Shown here: positions 1 to 9,619 of the stretch, piece after piece | Layout: every line of letters begins with the position of its first letter | Numbering within the stretch: position 1 is the first letter of the stretch | Assembly (NCBI GenBank): GCA_905236675.1 | Contig: CAJOND010000011.1 | Coordinates: forward strand, 26,102 to 90,101 | Length of the DNA stretch: 64,000 bases | Reading direction: 5' to 3' | Source of the DNA: Candidatus Rifleibacteriota bacterium | Lineage (GTDB): Bacteria > Muiribacteriota > Ozemobacteria > Ozemobacterales > Ozemobacteraceae | The notes under the pieces: generated by a model | What the model was told of the DNA's origin: nothing | What the model saw: only the letters and a program-made list of their open reading frames with translations | The model's database searches: none | Made by a program: the position numbers and the translations under genes

Positions 1-60
1 AAGCTAGTAACTTACAGCTGTAACATTAAAAGCAATCACAAGGATTACACTATACTAGAC

Positions 61-2373
61 ATGGAATTAAACGTAAAATATCGTGATTACACACTTGATC
101 CCTATCAGGTTCAAGCAATAACCGAGATTGAAAACGGGCACTCTTTAGTGCTTTCTGCGCCAACAGGTTCTGGTAAGACTTTAGTTGCAGAATACCTTAT
201 TGAAAAAGTCCTTCAGACAGATAAGCGTATTATTTATACTTCACCGATCAAAGCCTTATCTAATCAGAAATACAGAGATTTTTCAAAGCTATATGGCGAC
301 AAAGTGGGCATACTTACCGGCGATGTAGTTATAAACCGTGATGCTCAAGCTCTGATTGTAACTACCGAAGTTTATCGCAATATGTGTGTTGAAGACCCTG
401 AAGCTATTGCGGATGTTTCTTATGTAATATTTGATGAAATACACTATTTGGGTGATATAGAACGTGGCACTGTCTGGGAAGAATCTATTATTTTCTCTCC
501 CAAAACAGTCAGATTCTTATGTCTTTCCGCTACTATTCCTAATTGCGATGAACTAGCCCATTGGATAGAATCAGTTATTGACCATCACGTAAAGGTTATC
601 AGTCATCATCACAGAGCTGTCCCTCTAACTTTCCAGTTCTATTATCAGAAAAAACTTCTAGATTTTAAAGAGCTTAAAAAGAAAGTTCGCGGTGGGGCAG
701 ATAACCCTAGATTCCAAAGAGGCAATAAAGGCAAAAAGGAAGAAGAATTCCGCCATTTCGATATTATAAAGCTTCTTAGAACTCAAGATAAGCTTCCTTT
801 GCTGTATTTTGTTTTTTCTAGAGCACTAGCAGATAAATTTTCAAGAGATGTAGCAAAAAAGATGAATTTCACTACTCCCGAAGAAAAAGCCTACATCGCA
901 GAAATGTGCGACAGCTATATAGAAAAATATTCTCTTCAGAATTTAGAAACAGCACAAGAACTTAAAGAAGAACTAATGAAAGGCATAGGTAGACACCATG
1001 CAGGGCTTCTTCCTCAATTGAAAGAATTGGTCGAAATACTATTTGCTAAGCGTATTGTAAAAGTTCTTTTCGTTACTGAAACTTTCGCAGTAGGTATCAA
1101 TATGCCAGCAAGAAGCGTTGCTTACGATGCTTTGAAAAAATACGATGGTCGAACTTTCAGACCAATGCAGTCGTTAGAATTTACACAGATTTCTGGTCGT
1201 GCAGGTCGTAGAGGTATTGACCCAACTGGTTGGGTAATTGTTCCTCACATTCCAAGAGACTTAGAAATTGACCAATTACAAGATTTGGTTTATGGCGACA
1301 TCGAGCCTCTAGAAAGCCGATTTGACCTTTCATTTAACTCTGTTTTAAATCTATATTCAGGACATAAAACAGAAGAAGTCAGAATGATTCTCAAACGCAA
1401 TTTTGCACAGTTCCAAGCAAACAAAAACCTGCCTGAACTGGCTGATAAAGTTGCAAAATACCGTGCTGAAATGGAACAGGTTGAACACCGCTGCGTTGAA
1501 AAGAAAGATGATTTCGAAGCTTTTATGGTTTTCCATAAAAAGAAACAACAGCGACTAGACGTAATGAATCGCCAGCTTGAACAGATCAGATTTGGCATGA
1601 GAGGCAAAAGAAATCGTTTTGCTCAGACAGAAATAGAAAAGCAGTTTAACGAAAGTAATGCTTTGTTAAGACAAGAAGAAGAACAGTTTATTTGCGGAAA
1701 ATGCAAAAACAAGCACAAATGCGTCACTAATCATTATCAGGCATTAAAAGTAAAGAAAAAACTTGATTATTGGCATGAATTACTTGAAGAACAAGGCGAA
1801 CTACAGCTTCCGATTTATGAACATAAATTAGAAATACTCCGCAGATTAGGATATATTGATGATAAAGGTTTGCTTCCTCGTGGTGAACTGGCAAGCAAAA
1901 TACATACAGAAGAAATAACCGTTACAGAGTTATATTTCCATGGCTATTTTCACGAAATGGATGTTCACGAAATCAACGCACTCTGCTTAGCTCTTGTTTT
2001 TGAATACAGACGAAGAGGTCCAAACAATAATGGAGAACAGCATAACGGAGGAGTTAATAAGCTTCCTAAGAAATTGAAAAGTGCTAAAGGTTTCGTAAAC
2101 TCCCTTGCTAGACAATATACTTTTGTAAAACCTTTAGAAACAAAACTATGTAATCTCATGCTTGATTGGAGCCATGGTGAGCCATTTGAAGAAATGATGA
2201 AGCATACAGATGTCCCAGAAGGCGATATTATAAGATCTTTCCGACAGGTAATAGATTTGCTCAGACAAATTAGAGATGCACTTGCCCAAGACCCTGGTTT
2301 ACGTGACAAGATGCTGGAATGCCTTGGCTGTATTAATAGAGATATTGTTCTTGCAACAGAACTTAGAGACTAA
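61..2373 (+). CDS. Ski2/HelY-like DEAD/DEAH-box (DExH) RNA helicase with C-terminal DSHCT-like domain
   Basis: Motif I APTGSGKT, SPIKALSNQK, DEIH, LSAT, motif VI QISGRAGRRG, C-terminal EGDIIR typical of the Ski2/HelY family. Confidence 0.9.
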   Translation: MELNVKYRDYTLDPYQVQAITEIENGHSLVLSAPTGSGKTLVAEYLIEKVLQTDKRIIYTSPIKALSNQKYRDFSKLYGDKVGILTGDVVINRDAQALIVTTEVYRNMCVEDPEAIADVSYVIFDEIHYLGDIERGTVWEESIIFSPKTVRFLCLSATIPNCDELAHWIESVIDHHVKVISHHHRAVPLTFQFYYQKKLLDFKELKKKVRGGADNPRFQRGNKGKKEEEFRHFDIIKLLRTQDKLPLLYFVFSRALADKFSRDVAKKMNFTTPEEKAYIAEMCDSYIEKYSLQNLETAQELKEELMKGIGRHHAGLLPQLKELVEILFAKRIVKVLFVTETFAVGINMPARSVAYDALKKYDGRTFRPMQSLEFTQISGRAGRRGIDPTGWVIVPHIPRDLEIDQLQDLVYGDIEPLESRFDLSFNSVLNLYSGHKTEEVRMILKRNFAQFQANKNLPELADKVAKYRAEMEQVEHRCVEKKDDFEAFMVFHKKKQQRLDVMNRQLEQIRFGMRGKRNRFAQTEIEKQFNESNALLRQEEEQFICGKCKNKHKCVTNHYQALKVKKKLDYWHELLEEQGELQLPIYEHKLEILRRLGYIDDKGLLPRGELASKIHTEEITVTELYFHGYFHEMDVHEINALCLALVFEYRRRGPNNNGEQHNGGVNKLPKKLKSAKGFVNSLARQYTFVKPLETKLCNLMLDWSHGEPFEEMMKHTDVPEGDIIRSFRQVIDLLRQIRDALAQDPGLRDKMLECLGCINRDIVLATELRD

Positions 2374-2819
2374 TGGAAACAAATAAAATCATAGCATCAT
2401 CAGAAGAAGATACAATGGCAACTGCTGCAAAGCTTGCAAAAGAATACCCTAATCATTTGGTATTACTAAAAGGCGAGCTTGGAGCTGGTAAAACTGTTTT
2501 TGCAAGAGGATTTGCTAAGGGTCTTGGCATAGATCGCAATGTTTCAAGCCCCTCCTACACTCTAATGAACGAGTATAGAAAAGGTCACAAGAGTATGTTC
2601 CATTTAGACCTATACCGACTTAATTGTCTAGAAGAAGTTGTTGATATAGGTCTATTTGATATTCTAGACTCAAAACAGCCCTGTCTAATTGAATGGGCAG
2701 AAAGAGTTTACGAGCTTTCAAAATTACCCCATCTTAGTGTTGAAATAAAGAGACAGAGCGTTAGCGATAATGATGAACAACGCATTATAACCTGGTATTG
2801 GGAAGACGGCAAAGAATGA
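2373..2819 (+). CDS. tsaE: tRNA threonylcarbamoyladenosine biosynthesis ATPase TsaE
   Basis: GELGAGKT P-loop, SSPSYTL, HLDLYRL, LIEWAE; TAATG overlap with helicase stop. Confidence 0.95.
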   Translation: METNKIIASSEEDTMATAAKLAKEYPNHLVLLKGELGAGKTVFARGFAKGLGIDRNVSSPSYTLMNEYRKGHKSMFHLDLYRLNCLEEVVDIGLFDILDSKQPCLIEWAERVYELSKLPHLSVEIKRQSVSDNDEQRIITWYWEDGKE

Positions 2820-3592
2820 AATATCTTTTTATAGACGCATCAGAAAATTTAACTCATGTTCAAACTGGCACTGAAAAGGACTTTAATGCCAAAACCATAG
2901 ATACAAACCGTGATTTTGCAGCCAAAATTACAGAAATCTGTGACAATATGCTTAAAGAAGCCGGCTGGGAAAAAGAAGATTTGACCCATTTGGTAGTATG
3001 CACTGGCCCTGGCAGTCTGACAGGCTTAAGAGTAGCAGATGGTTTTTTAAGGACTCTGGCTATGATACTTAATATTCCTTTAATAGGAATAGATTTATTT
3101 AAGTGGTCAGCTCAAACTCTTTCTGACAATAATTATGAAGGGGAAGCTCGACTAGTAATGCCTACTTTAATCGACAAAGCCTTCGAAGTTAAGTGCCATC
3201 TTTCACATGAAGATTGTTTGGAGCTAGAACCGTCATTGCGAGCCTCTGAAAGATGTGTGGCAATCCAGAATGATTTAGAGGTAAGAGATAAGAGGCAAGA
3301 GGCAAGAGATTTGTTTTGTAATAATAGTTCATGTCAATACAGTAAAATAAGATTAATCTCTAATCCTAATTTAATCGAAAAAAAAGCCATTCCTTCAGAT
3401 ATAAAAACTTTCGGCATTCGCTATAACCACGAATCTGCCGAACGCTTAGATCCAACTCCAGAGGCTCTTCATAAACTTATAATAGAAGAAGCAAAGATTT
3501 CAAAAGCTGGAATAGACGAAATTCTCAAAGTCTTACCGCTTTATATAATACCATCTCAAGCTGAAAGAAACTTCAAAGGGGGCGACAAATGA
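2816..3592 (+). CDS. tsaB: tRNA t6A biosynthesis protein TsaB carrying an in-frame repeat-derived insertion
   Basis: MKYLFIDAS start (ATG 2816, ATGA overlap with tsaE), GPGSLTGLRV motif, C-terminal PLYI..SQAE; lies between tsaE and tsaD. Confidence 0.88.
   Translation: MKYLFIDASENLTHVQTGTEKDFNAKTIDTNRDFAAKITEICDNMLKEAGWEKEDLTHLVVCTGPGSLTGLRVADGFLRTLAMILNIPLIGIDLFKWSAQTLSDNNYEGEARLVMPTLIDKAFEVKCHLSHEDCLELEPSLRASERCVAIQNDLEVRDKRQEARDLFCNNSSCQYSKIRLISNPNLIEKKAIPSDIKTFGIRYNHESAERLDPTPEALHKLIIEEAKISKAGIDEILKVLPLYIIPSQAERNFKGGDK
3230..3370. repeat. Dispersed palindromic element plus heptamer array inside tsaB
   Basis: ccgtcattgcgagcctctgaaagatgtgtggcaatccag followed by ttagagg/taagaga/taagagg/caagagg/caagaga; matches the intergenic copy at 8453-8730. 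Confidence 0.75.
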
Positions 3593-4599
3593 TTACATTA
3601 GGAATAGAATCATCCTGCGATGATACTTCAATCGCCCTTGTAGAAAACGGCACAAAAGTATTAGCAAGTCTGGTTTCTTCTCAAATTGAAATTCATAAAC
3701 GCTTCGGTGGGGTTGTTCCAGAAGTAGCTTCAAGAAAGCACTTAGAAGCAATTCTACCTCTTTTAAACGAAGCTTTAGCAAAAGCCGATAAAAAGTTGGC
3801 AGATATAGATCAGATTGCTGTAACAGCAGGTCCTGGCTTATTAGGTCCTTTACTTGTTGGTTTAACTACAGCTAAGGCCTTAGCTTGGTATTTAAAAATA
3901 CCTTTAATCCCTGTAAATCACATCGAAGCTCATTTAACCGCTGCTTTCCTAACTGCTGAACAGCTTCCTGAATATCCTTTCTTAGGACTGATAGTTTCTG
4001 GCGGTCACTCTAATCTGGTTTATGCAACAGGTCCTAGAGATTTTGAAGAATTAGCTCATACTTTAGATGATGCTCCAGGCGAACTCTACGATAAGGTCTC
4101 AAGACATTTAGGATTAGGTTATCCTGGTGGTCCTATTATTCAGAAAACTGCCGAAGATGGCGATTGCAAACGCTATAAACTTCCTAAGCCTATGTCAGGC
4201 AAAGGTTTCGTATTTAGTTTCAGTGGTCTAAAGACTGCTGTTATGCGTATTATGGAAAAAGAAGGCGAATCCCTTGATATGAGAGACCTTTGCGCAAGCC
4301 TGCAATATACTGTAGCTGAAACATTGGCAGAAAAAGTAGAACTAGCTTTAAAAGAAAGAAAACCTAAAGTTCTAGCTATGGCAGGAGGTGTTGCAGCCAA
4401 TAAGGTTTTGCGTGAAAGAATGCTGAAAATAGCAGAAAAGCACAAAATCAGACTGCTTCTACCAACAATTCATCTCTGCACTGATAACGGAGCAATGGTT
4501 GCAGCTCACGGTTTTCTGACTTCAAAACTGGCTCCTGAAAACAGCATAATGGTCAACGCCTCTGCCAACTGGGAAATGGGGCAACCCTATAATTATTAA
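3589..4599 (+). CDS. tsaD: tRNA N6-adenosine threonylcarbamoyltransferase TsaD
   Basis: GIESSCDDT, GGVVPEVASRKH, HIEAH, VSGGH, SFSGLKT, CTDNGAM. Confidence 0.97.
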   Translation: MITLGIESSCDDTSIALVENGTKVLASLVSSQIEIHKRFGGVVPEVASRKHLEAILPLLNEALAKADKKLADIDQIAVTAGPGLLGPLLVGLTTAKALAWYLKIPLIPVNHIEAHLTAAFLTAEQLPEYPFLGLIVSGGHSNLVYATGPRDFEELAHTLDDAPGELYDKVSRHLGLGYPGGPIIQKTAEDGDCKRYKLPKPMSGKGFVFSFSGLKTAVMRIMEKEGESLDMRDLCASLQYTVAETLAEKVELALKERKPKVLAMAGGVAANKVLRERMLKIAEKHKIRLLLPTIHLCTDNGAMVAAHGFLTSKLAPENSIMVNASANWEMGQPYNY

Positions 4600-4651
4600 T
4601 TAGGAATTGAAAATTAAAAACTGAAAAAGAAAAGCCAGCAATAGGGGAAAA

Positions 4652-5248
4652 ATGAAAAAAATTAGTTTCTACTCTGTAATATTAATATTTTTATTAATAA
4701 GTATGTTTTTTATAGAAATACCTGTTTTTGCCACAAAAGCTATATGGTCTGCAATACAAAAAGATTGTTTTAAAAATATTAGAAACTTGACTATAGCAAT
4801 CGAAAAATACAACAAAGATCATTCCTCTAAGGTTGATACTATCTTGCCAGGTCGTGATTATGAAGATTTTGAAAAAATATTAATTAAAGAAAAATATTTA
4901 GATGATATTTTGTATAGAACAGAAGATAAATGCTCATATGGTATTATAAACTTTATCGCGTCAGAAACAGTTTTTTGTAAAAAACATGGTGTTATTGATG
5001 GACCAGCTCCCTCTATAGATGAAGAGCCTAAATTACCAAAATATAACACAAGTTTAGAAAAACCTTTTTCTAAGGAATACGAAGAAAAGCAAATAAAGCA
5101 TTTAAATCGAGCTCAATTTTTTAGAAAGATTGGTAATTTTCTTTATCCGTTGTTACAAGATCCTGGAAACACACTATTTTATATTATAATTATGGTTGTT
5201 CTAGCAGTAACAATTAAGATATTAGCATTTCCAAAAATAAAAAAATAG
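4652..5248 (+). CDS. Membrane protein with pilin-like globular domain (C..NIR...AIEKYN...C...CKKHG)
   Basis: N-terminal and C-terminal hydrophobic segments; Cys pattern ending CxxHG resembles pilin/pseudopilin head domains; no class III signal. Confidence 0.5.
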   Translation: MKKISFYSVILIFLLISMFFIEIPVFATKAIWSAIQKDCFKNIRNLTIAIEKYNKDHSSKVDTILPGRDYEDFEKILIKEKYLDDILYRTEDKCSYGIINFIASETVFCKKHGVIDGPAPSIDEEPKLPKYNTSLEKPFSKEYEEKQIKHLNRAQFFRKIGNFLYPLLQDPGNTLFYIIIMVVLAVTIKILAFPKIKK

Positions 5249-5339
5249 ATAGCTCTCAATTGTAACTCATTGATTAACATATACCTCACAAAGAGTTGTG
5301 ACAGTAAGTTTAACAAGCTATAATTCATCAATTGCATAC

Positions 5340-5370
5340 AAAAAGCTTGGGGGTTAAGCCAAGCTTTTTT
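5340..5370. terminator. Bidirectional intrinsic terminator
   Basis: aaaaagcttgg-loop-ccaagctttttt between convergent genes. Confidence 0.8.
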
Positions 5371-5372
5371 GT

Positions 5373-8300
5373 TTAGATAAAGTCTAGAAGTGAAGTCTGC
5401 ATCAGCCTTGCTCCGACTTGCAGCGAAGCCTGATATGTGGTTTCCCATTGAGACATCTGAATTATAGCTTCAGTCATATCTATGTCTTCCACATTAGTAA
5501 GCATAGTCTTCAAGTTCATAGTGATACTTTCGATCTTAGTCTTTGTAGTATCAACTCTGTTGGTCTTAGCCCCAACTTCATCATGAACAATCAGAATTCT
5601 TTCCAATGCTTCATCAATCTGTGGAAGATTAATATTAGAAACAGCCCATTCATCACATCTAAGCATATTGTCTCTCAAATCCATCAAAGTCGAAAACAAT
5701 GACTGAGTACTGCCTAAGCCAAGTGCAGAAGCACTCGCAGGTTCGCCAGAAATATCAACAACCTTGATATAAGGCTGATTAATAGTATTAGTCAGATTAA
5801 GGTGCTTGCCATCTTCTGAAATCCAAGCAGTCAAATGCAAAGTTAAATCAGTATTTGAAAGCTTATCCATAACATCGCCTATTGTTCGACAACCTGTCAA
5901 ATCTATTTCAAGAGATTTTTCACCGCTCTGAACATAAACTTTTCCCATTGGAACACTGCCATTTACGCAGGAAGAAATAAGTGTATCCCTAGTAACAGCA
6001 GGGTCTAAGTCTTTTCCTACAAGAATGTTATCAACAGTTCTGCCTTTTATGCCTAAGTCGAAAGCACAAGTGCTGTCGCAGTCGATTACTTCTAATTTGC
6101 CTGAGGCACCATGATTCTTATCGACTAATTCTATACCATTCTTATCGGCATTAATTCTTGCTTCTACATAAATACCATTTTCAGGGTCATTTATTTTATC
6201 TAAAACATCTTTTATAGTAGAGCAACCTCGTAAATCTATTGCAGAAAAATGCCCAGCTTTATCTGTAATTCTGATAATACCAAGATTTACACCGCTTGTA
6301 TTCCAGGTTCTGTCAGAATTAAGGTCGCAAAGCTTAGTTTCTTCTGTTACAATCGGGTTTAAGTCGATAGAGCCTTCAAGAGTCGGCAAATTGGCAACTG
6401 TTAATGGATGACCTGTAATAGTATCATTCTGATAATTACTTGCACCTTTGACAAAACCGAGCTGATAAGCAGTATTGGTATTTTCACCTACAGACAAACC
6501 AAAGTTGCCACCAACAGCTCTTGGGTCAGTAATTACAATACGTCTTTCAGAAGCATCCCAGGAAGCAGCAAAATGATCATCGTCATTAATTGCCTTTATA
6601 ACATCACCAATAGTCTTACAGCCACTCATATCAATCTGGTAGCCAACTTTATCAGCACCAGTAATCTTGATAAAACCAATGTCGGGTGGGTTGGTCAAGT
6701 CTTCCAAAAGTGTGGTTTCATCAACTAATCCCCCACCGACACTTGTTAAAGTATCACCAATAACAGTGTTACCCTTAGTAGACTTCAACAAACCAAGAGA
6801 ATTAGCAATTGTAGTGTTTTCACGAATCTTTATTGGTTCCGTTCCAACATATTCAGTAATTTGAAAGCTTTCTGTACCAATAGTATTATCAACTATTTTA
6901 AGTCTGTTGGAGTTAGTATCCCAGGAAGCTATCTGAGCACCGCCTGTTGCTGTATTTATGGCTTCGATCAATTCCGCTGGAGAATAGATGTTTTCTAATT
7001 TTACAGTAGTTGTATTGCCATCATGACCGGTAATATTGATATAGCCGTTTTCTACGCCGTCACCATTATTGGCAAATTCGTAAGGGTCTGCTTCATACTG
7101 AATATTTTTATCGTAGAAAGAATACATCGTATCGCCAGTTCCCACATTCTGCAAAATACCGTAATCTTCAGCAACATGAGATGGTAAGTCTTTTACGTAA
7201 AGCTGAGTTTTTACAGAAGTAACAGAAAATTCGCCTTTTCCATTAGTTAAGTCATTCAATTCAATACGGTTGTTAATCATATCAAATCTAGCATTAACAA
7301 CAGCACCGCCATTTAATGAGTTGATTGCGTCAAGAACGTCTTTAACAGTTGTGCAGCCTTCGACGTTAACACGGTAGTTATTGCCGTCTCTTGTGTTGAG
7401 ATTTAAATAGCCTTCAGCAATACCAAGACCGTTGTTGAGGTCTGTAAGATTGGTATATTCGGAACGCATAGCCGGGTCTGACAAACCAATAAGCAGGTCT
7501 GTAGCACCGGCATTTCTATATATACCTAAAGAAACTGCTGTATCAGAAGGGACTTCTTCAATACCTGCCTCAAAAGAACCTGAATCGTTTATAATTCCGA
7601 TTACGTCATCAAGAGTATGAGCGGTTGTCAAATCTATCTTGTGGTCAATTCCAGCAGCATCTGTAATATATATTAGACCCTTGTCAACACCTTCACCGTT
7701 ATTAAGAACACAGGTGGAAGTGCTTTTTTCTATTGGAGGATAAGAATATGAGAAAGTCGGAGTTCCGCTTATTTTTTCGGCAGAATCTACACCAAAGAAC
7801 ATTTCTAAGCCAGTAATACTTTTTTCAATAGTAACGTTATTGTCAATCTGGGAAGTCATTCTTACATTATTGCCGTTGTAAGTTACATTTACAGGGCTTG
7901 TAATGTTGACTCTGTCTCTATATTCGCCCAAAGCGTAGTTGACCATATTGGCATTATATTTTGGGTCCTGGCCGATATCATAGCTGATTGGCTTTTGGTC
8001 GGTAATACTGCCGCCGAAAATGTATTCGTTATTAACTTTGGTGTTGGCTATATTAACAACTTCAAGAAGAAGCTGGTCGATTTCTTTTGCGATGGCATCT
8101 CTGTCTATTTCAACAGTTGTGTCTGTAGCACCTTCAATGGCAAGTTCTCTGATGCGCTGAATAATAGATTCCAAGGAGGTTAGAGCAGAATCGGTAGTGT
8201 TATACCAATCCTTAGTATGTTCGATGTTTCTGACATACTGCTTGTTTTCGTTGATTTCGGAGCTGTATTCCATAGTCAGAGCGTTGTCTACAGGATTTTC

Positions 8301-8420
8301 TGAAGCTCTGAGGTATTTATTACCTGAGCTTATTTTGCTCTGAAGCTCACTTAAAGATGTATTGTTGCGATTAATCTGGTTTACGAATGAATTGTAAACC
8401 CATTGATTTGTAATACGCAT
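5373..8420 (-). CDS. flgL: Flagellar hook-associated protein 3 (FlgL), very long (1015 aa) with about 6 internal repeats
   Basis: N-terminal MRITN...ISSG....ASENP, EYIFGG; C-terminal EDIDMTEAI..YQASL..SLLDFI; AAGGAG RBS. Confidence 0.92.
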   Translation of the reverse strand: MRITNQWVYNSFVNQINRNNTSLSELQSKISSGNKYLRASENPVDNALTMEYSSEINENKQYVRNIEHTKDWYNTTDSALTSLESIIQRIRELAIEGATDTTVEIDRDAIAKEIDQLLLEVVNIANTKVNNEYIFGGSITDQKPISYDIGQDPKYNANMVNYALGEYRDRVNITSPVNVTYNGNNVRMTSQIDNNVTIEKSITGLEMFFGVDSAEKISGTPTFSYSYPPIEKSTSTCVLNNGEGVDKGLIYITDAAGIDHKIDLTTAHTLDDVIGIINDSGSFEAGIEEVPSDTAVSLGIYRNAGATDLLIGLSDPAMRSEYTNLTDLNNGLGIAEGYLNLNTRDGNNYRVNVEGCTTVKDVLDAINSLNGGAVVNARFDMINNRIELNDLTNGKGEFSVTSVKTQLYVKDLPSHVAEDYGILQNVGTGDTMYSFYDKNIQYEADPYEFANNGDGVENGYINITGHDGNTTTVKLENIYSPAELIEAINTATGGAQIASWDTNSNRLKIVDNTIGTESFQITEYVGTEPIKIRENTTIANSLGLLKSTKGNTVIGDTLTSVGGGLVDETTLLEDLTNPPDIGFIKITGADKVGYQIDMSGCKTIGDVIKAINDDDHFAASWDASERRIVITDPRAVGGNFGLSVGENTNTAYQLGFVKGASNYQNDTITGHPLTVANLPTLEGSIDLNPIVTEETKLCDLNSDRTWNTSGVNLGIIRITDKAGHFSAIDLRGCSTIKDVLDKINDPENGIYVEARINADKNGIELVDKNHGASGKLEVIDCDSTCAFDLGIKGRTVDNILVGKDLDPAVTRDTLISSCVNGSVPMGKVYVQSGEKSLEIDLTGCRTIGDVMDKLSNTDLTLHLTAWISEDGKHLNLTNTINQPYIKVVDISGEPASASALGLGSTQSLFSTLMDLRDNMLRCDEWAVSNINLPQIDEALERILIVHDEVGAKTNRVDTTKTKIESITMNLKTMLTNVEDIDMTEAIIQMSQWETTYQASLQVGARLMQTSLLDFI

Positions 8421-8452
8421 TTTGTTTGCTCCTTATACCTTTTATCTACTAT

Positions 8453-8730
8453 CCGTCATTACGAACCTTTGAAGCTCCCCCACGAATGGTGGGGGAGCTG
8501 TCACGTAGTGACTGAGGGGGCTGCAATGCTAAGCATTGCAGTGGCGTGGCAATCTAGTTTTTAGAGATAAGAGAATAGAGTTTAGAGATTAGGGGATTGT
8601 TTTAGTTTTCAGACTATCGAATATTTGTAATAAATCGTTAGCTTGTAAACTAAACAATTCTCTTGTCTCTTGCCTCTTACCTCTCATCTCTCATCTCTTC
8701 AATTCCTAATTTTAATTTCTAATTATCCTT
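8453..8730. repeat. Composite palindromic element (nested hairpins plus inverted heptamer arrays) in the flgL leader
   Basis: ccgtcattacgaacc...gcgtggcaatctag ends shared with the tsaB copy; internal hairpins agctcccccac/gtgggggagct, gtcac/gtgac, ctgcaatgct/agcattgcag; purine-rich and pyrimidine-rich 7-mer arrays. Confidence 0.75.
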
Positions 8731-8755
8731 TTCGTCCTAATCTGCCTTAGTATCT

Positions 8756-8784
8756 GTATCGGCTAAATGCATTTCGGAGTTTAG
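8756..8784 (-). promoter_or_regulatory. Sigma28 (FliA/SigD)-type promoter for flgL
   Basis: Minus strand reads CTAAA-N16-GCCGATAC, near-perfect match to the TAAA-N15/16-GCCGAT consensus. Confidence 0.8.
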
Positions 8785-8840
8785 TACTTTATTTAAATTT
8801 TTTTTTACATAAAAAATACAAATGTTATAATTGAGATACT

Positions 8841-9619
8841 ATGACTAAATAAGAAGAATCTTCTGCAAATCATATAACTAGAAAAATAATGGCAAAAAAG
8901 AACAAATGAAGCATTATTATTAGCTTATGCTCCTATACTAGTCTGCCAGGACATAGAAGCTAACACTACCGATGGAGCAGACATCAATCCAGAATTGATG
9001 CAAATCCAAATAGAAGCCTGCTATCAACTTCTATTTCTTACCAATTATATAGAAACCAATGATATTTTATGTAAAACGATTTCCAAACATTTAATGCATA
9101 TAATTAACGATGAACCTTCTTCTACTCGTAAAATAGAAAACTGTATGAGACGTGACAATAATTTCTATAGTTTTTTAGAAAAACAAGGCAATTATGAAAG
9201 TGACAGCGATAGCTCTTGCTTTAGCAGCATATTCTTCTGATAAATCTCCTGACGTCGATGATATATATAGTTCAATGCCAAAAAATGTTAATGAGTTAAG
9301 TAAATGGCTAGGAGTTGAATTACCCATAGATAGAGCTAGTAAATCCCCATATTTGTTTTACTTTGCTGATGATTATTTTCTAGCCAGTTCTCCAAAGAAC
9401 AATATCTATGCACACTCTTGTTTTGACAGTTATTTACCTTTTTTAAGAAATAGATGGGTTAATCATTCCCAAATGACAATAAACGGAGAACTGATTGCGA
9501 TTATATCTAAACCAACAGAACCCGAAAACAAATTTAGTAAAAAGGAAAAAGGAAAAGAAATAGAAACGAAAGCCGATAATCTAAGTAAAAAAAGAAAAGT
9601 GTTTAACAAATTAAAATAA
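8841..9619 (+). pseudogene. Probable pseudogene of a hypothetical protein (one premature stop, two frameshifts)
   Basis: ATG ACT AAA TAA at 8841; removing one A in the runs at ~8894-8899 and ~9179-9183 joins the upstream text, ORF 8995-9240 and ORF 9194-9619 into one frame. Confidence 0.55.

Noticed and set aside
8470-8545. tRNA or known ncRNA in the GC-rich hairpin cluster
   Set aside because: No cloverleaf, T-loop (GTTCGA) or CCA; better explained as a REP-like repeat.
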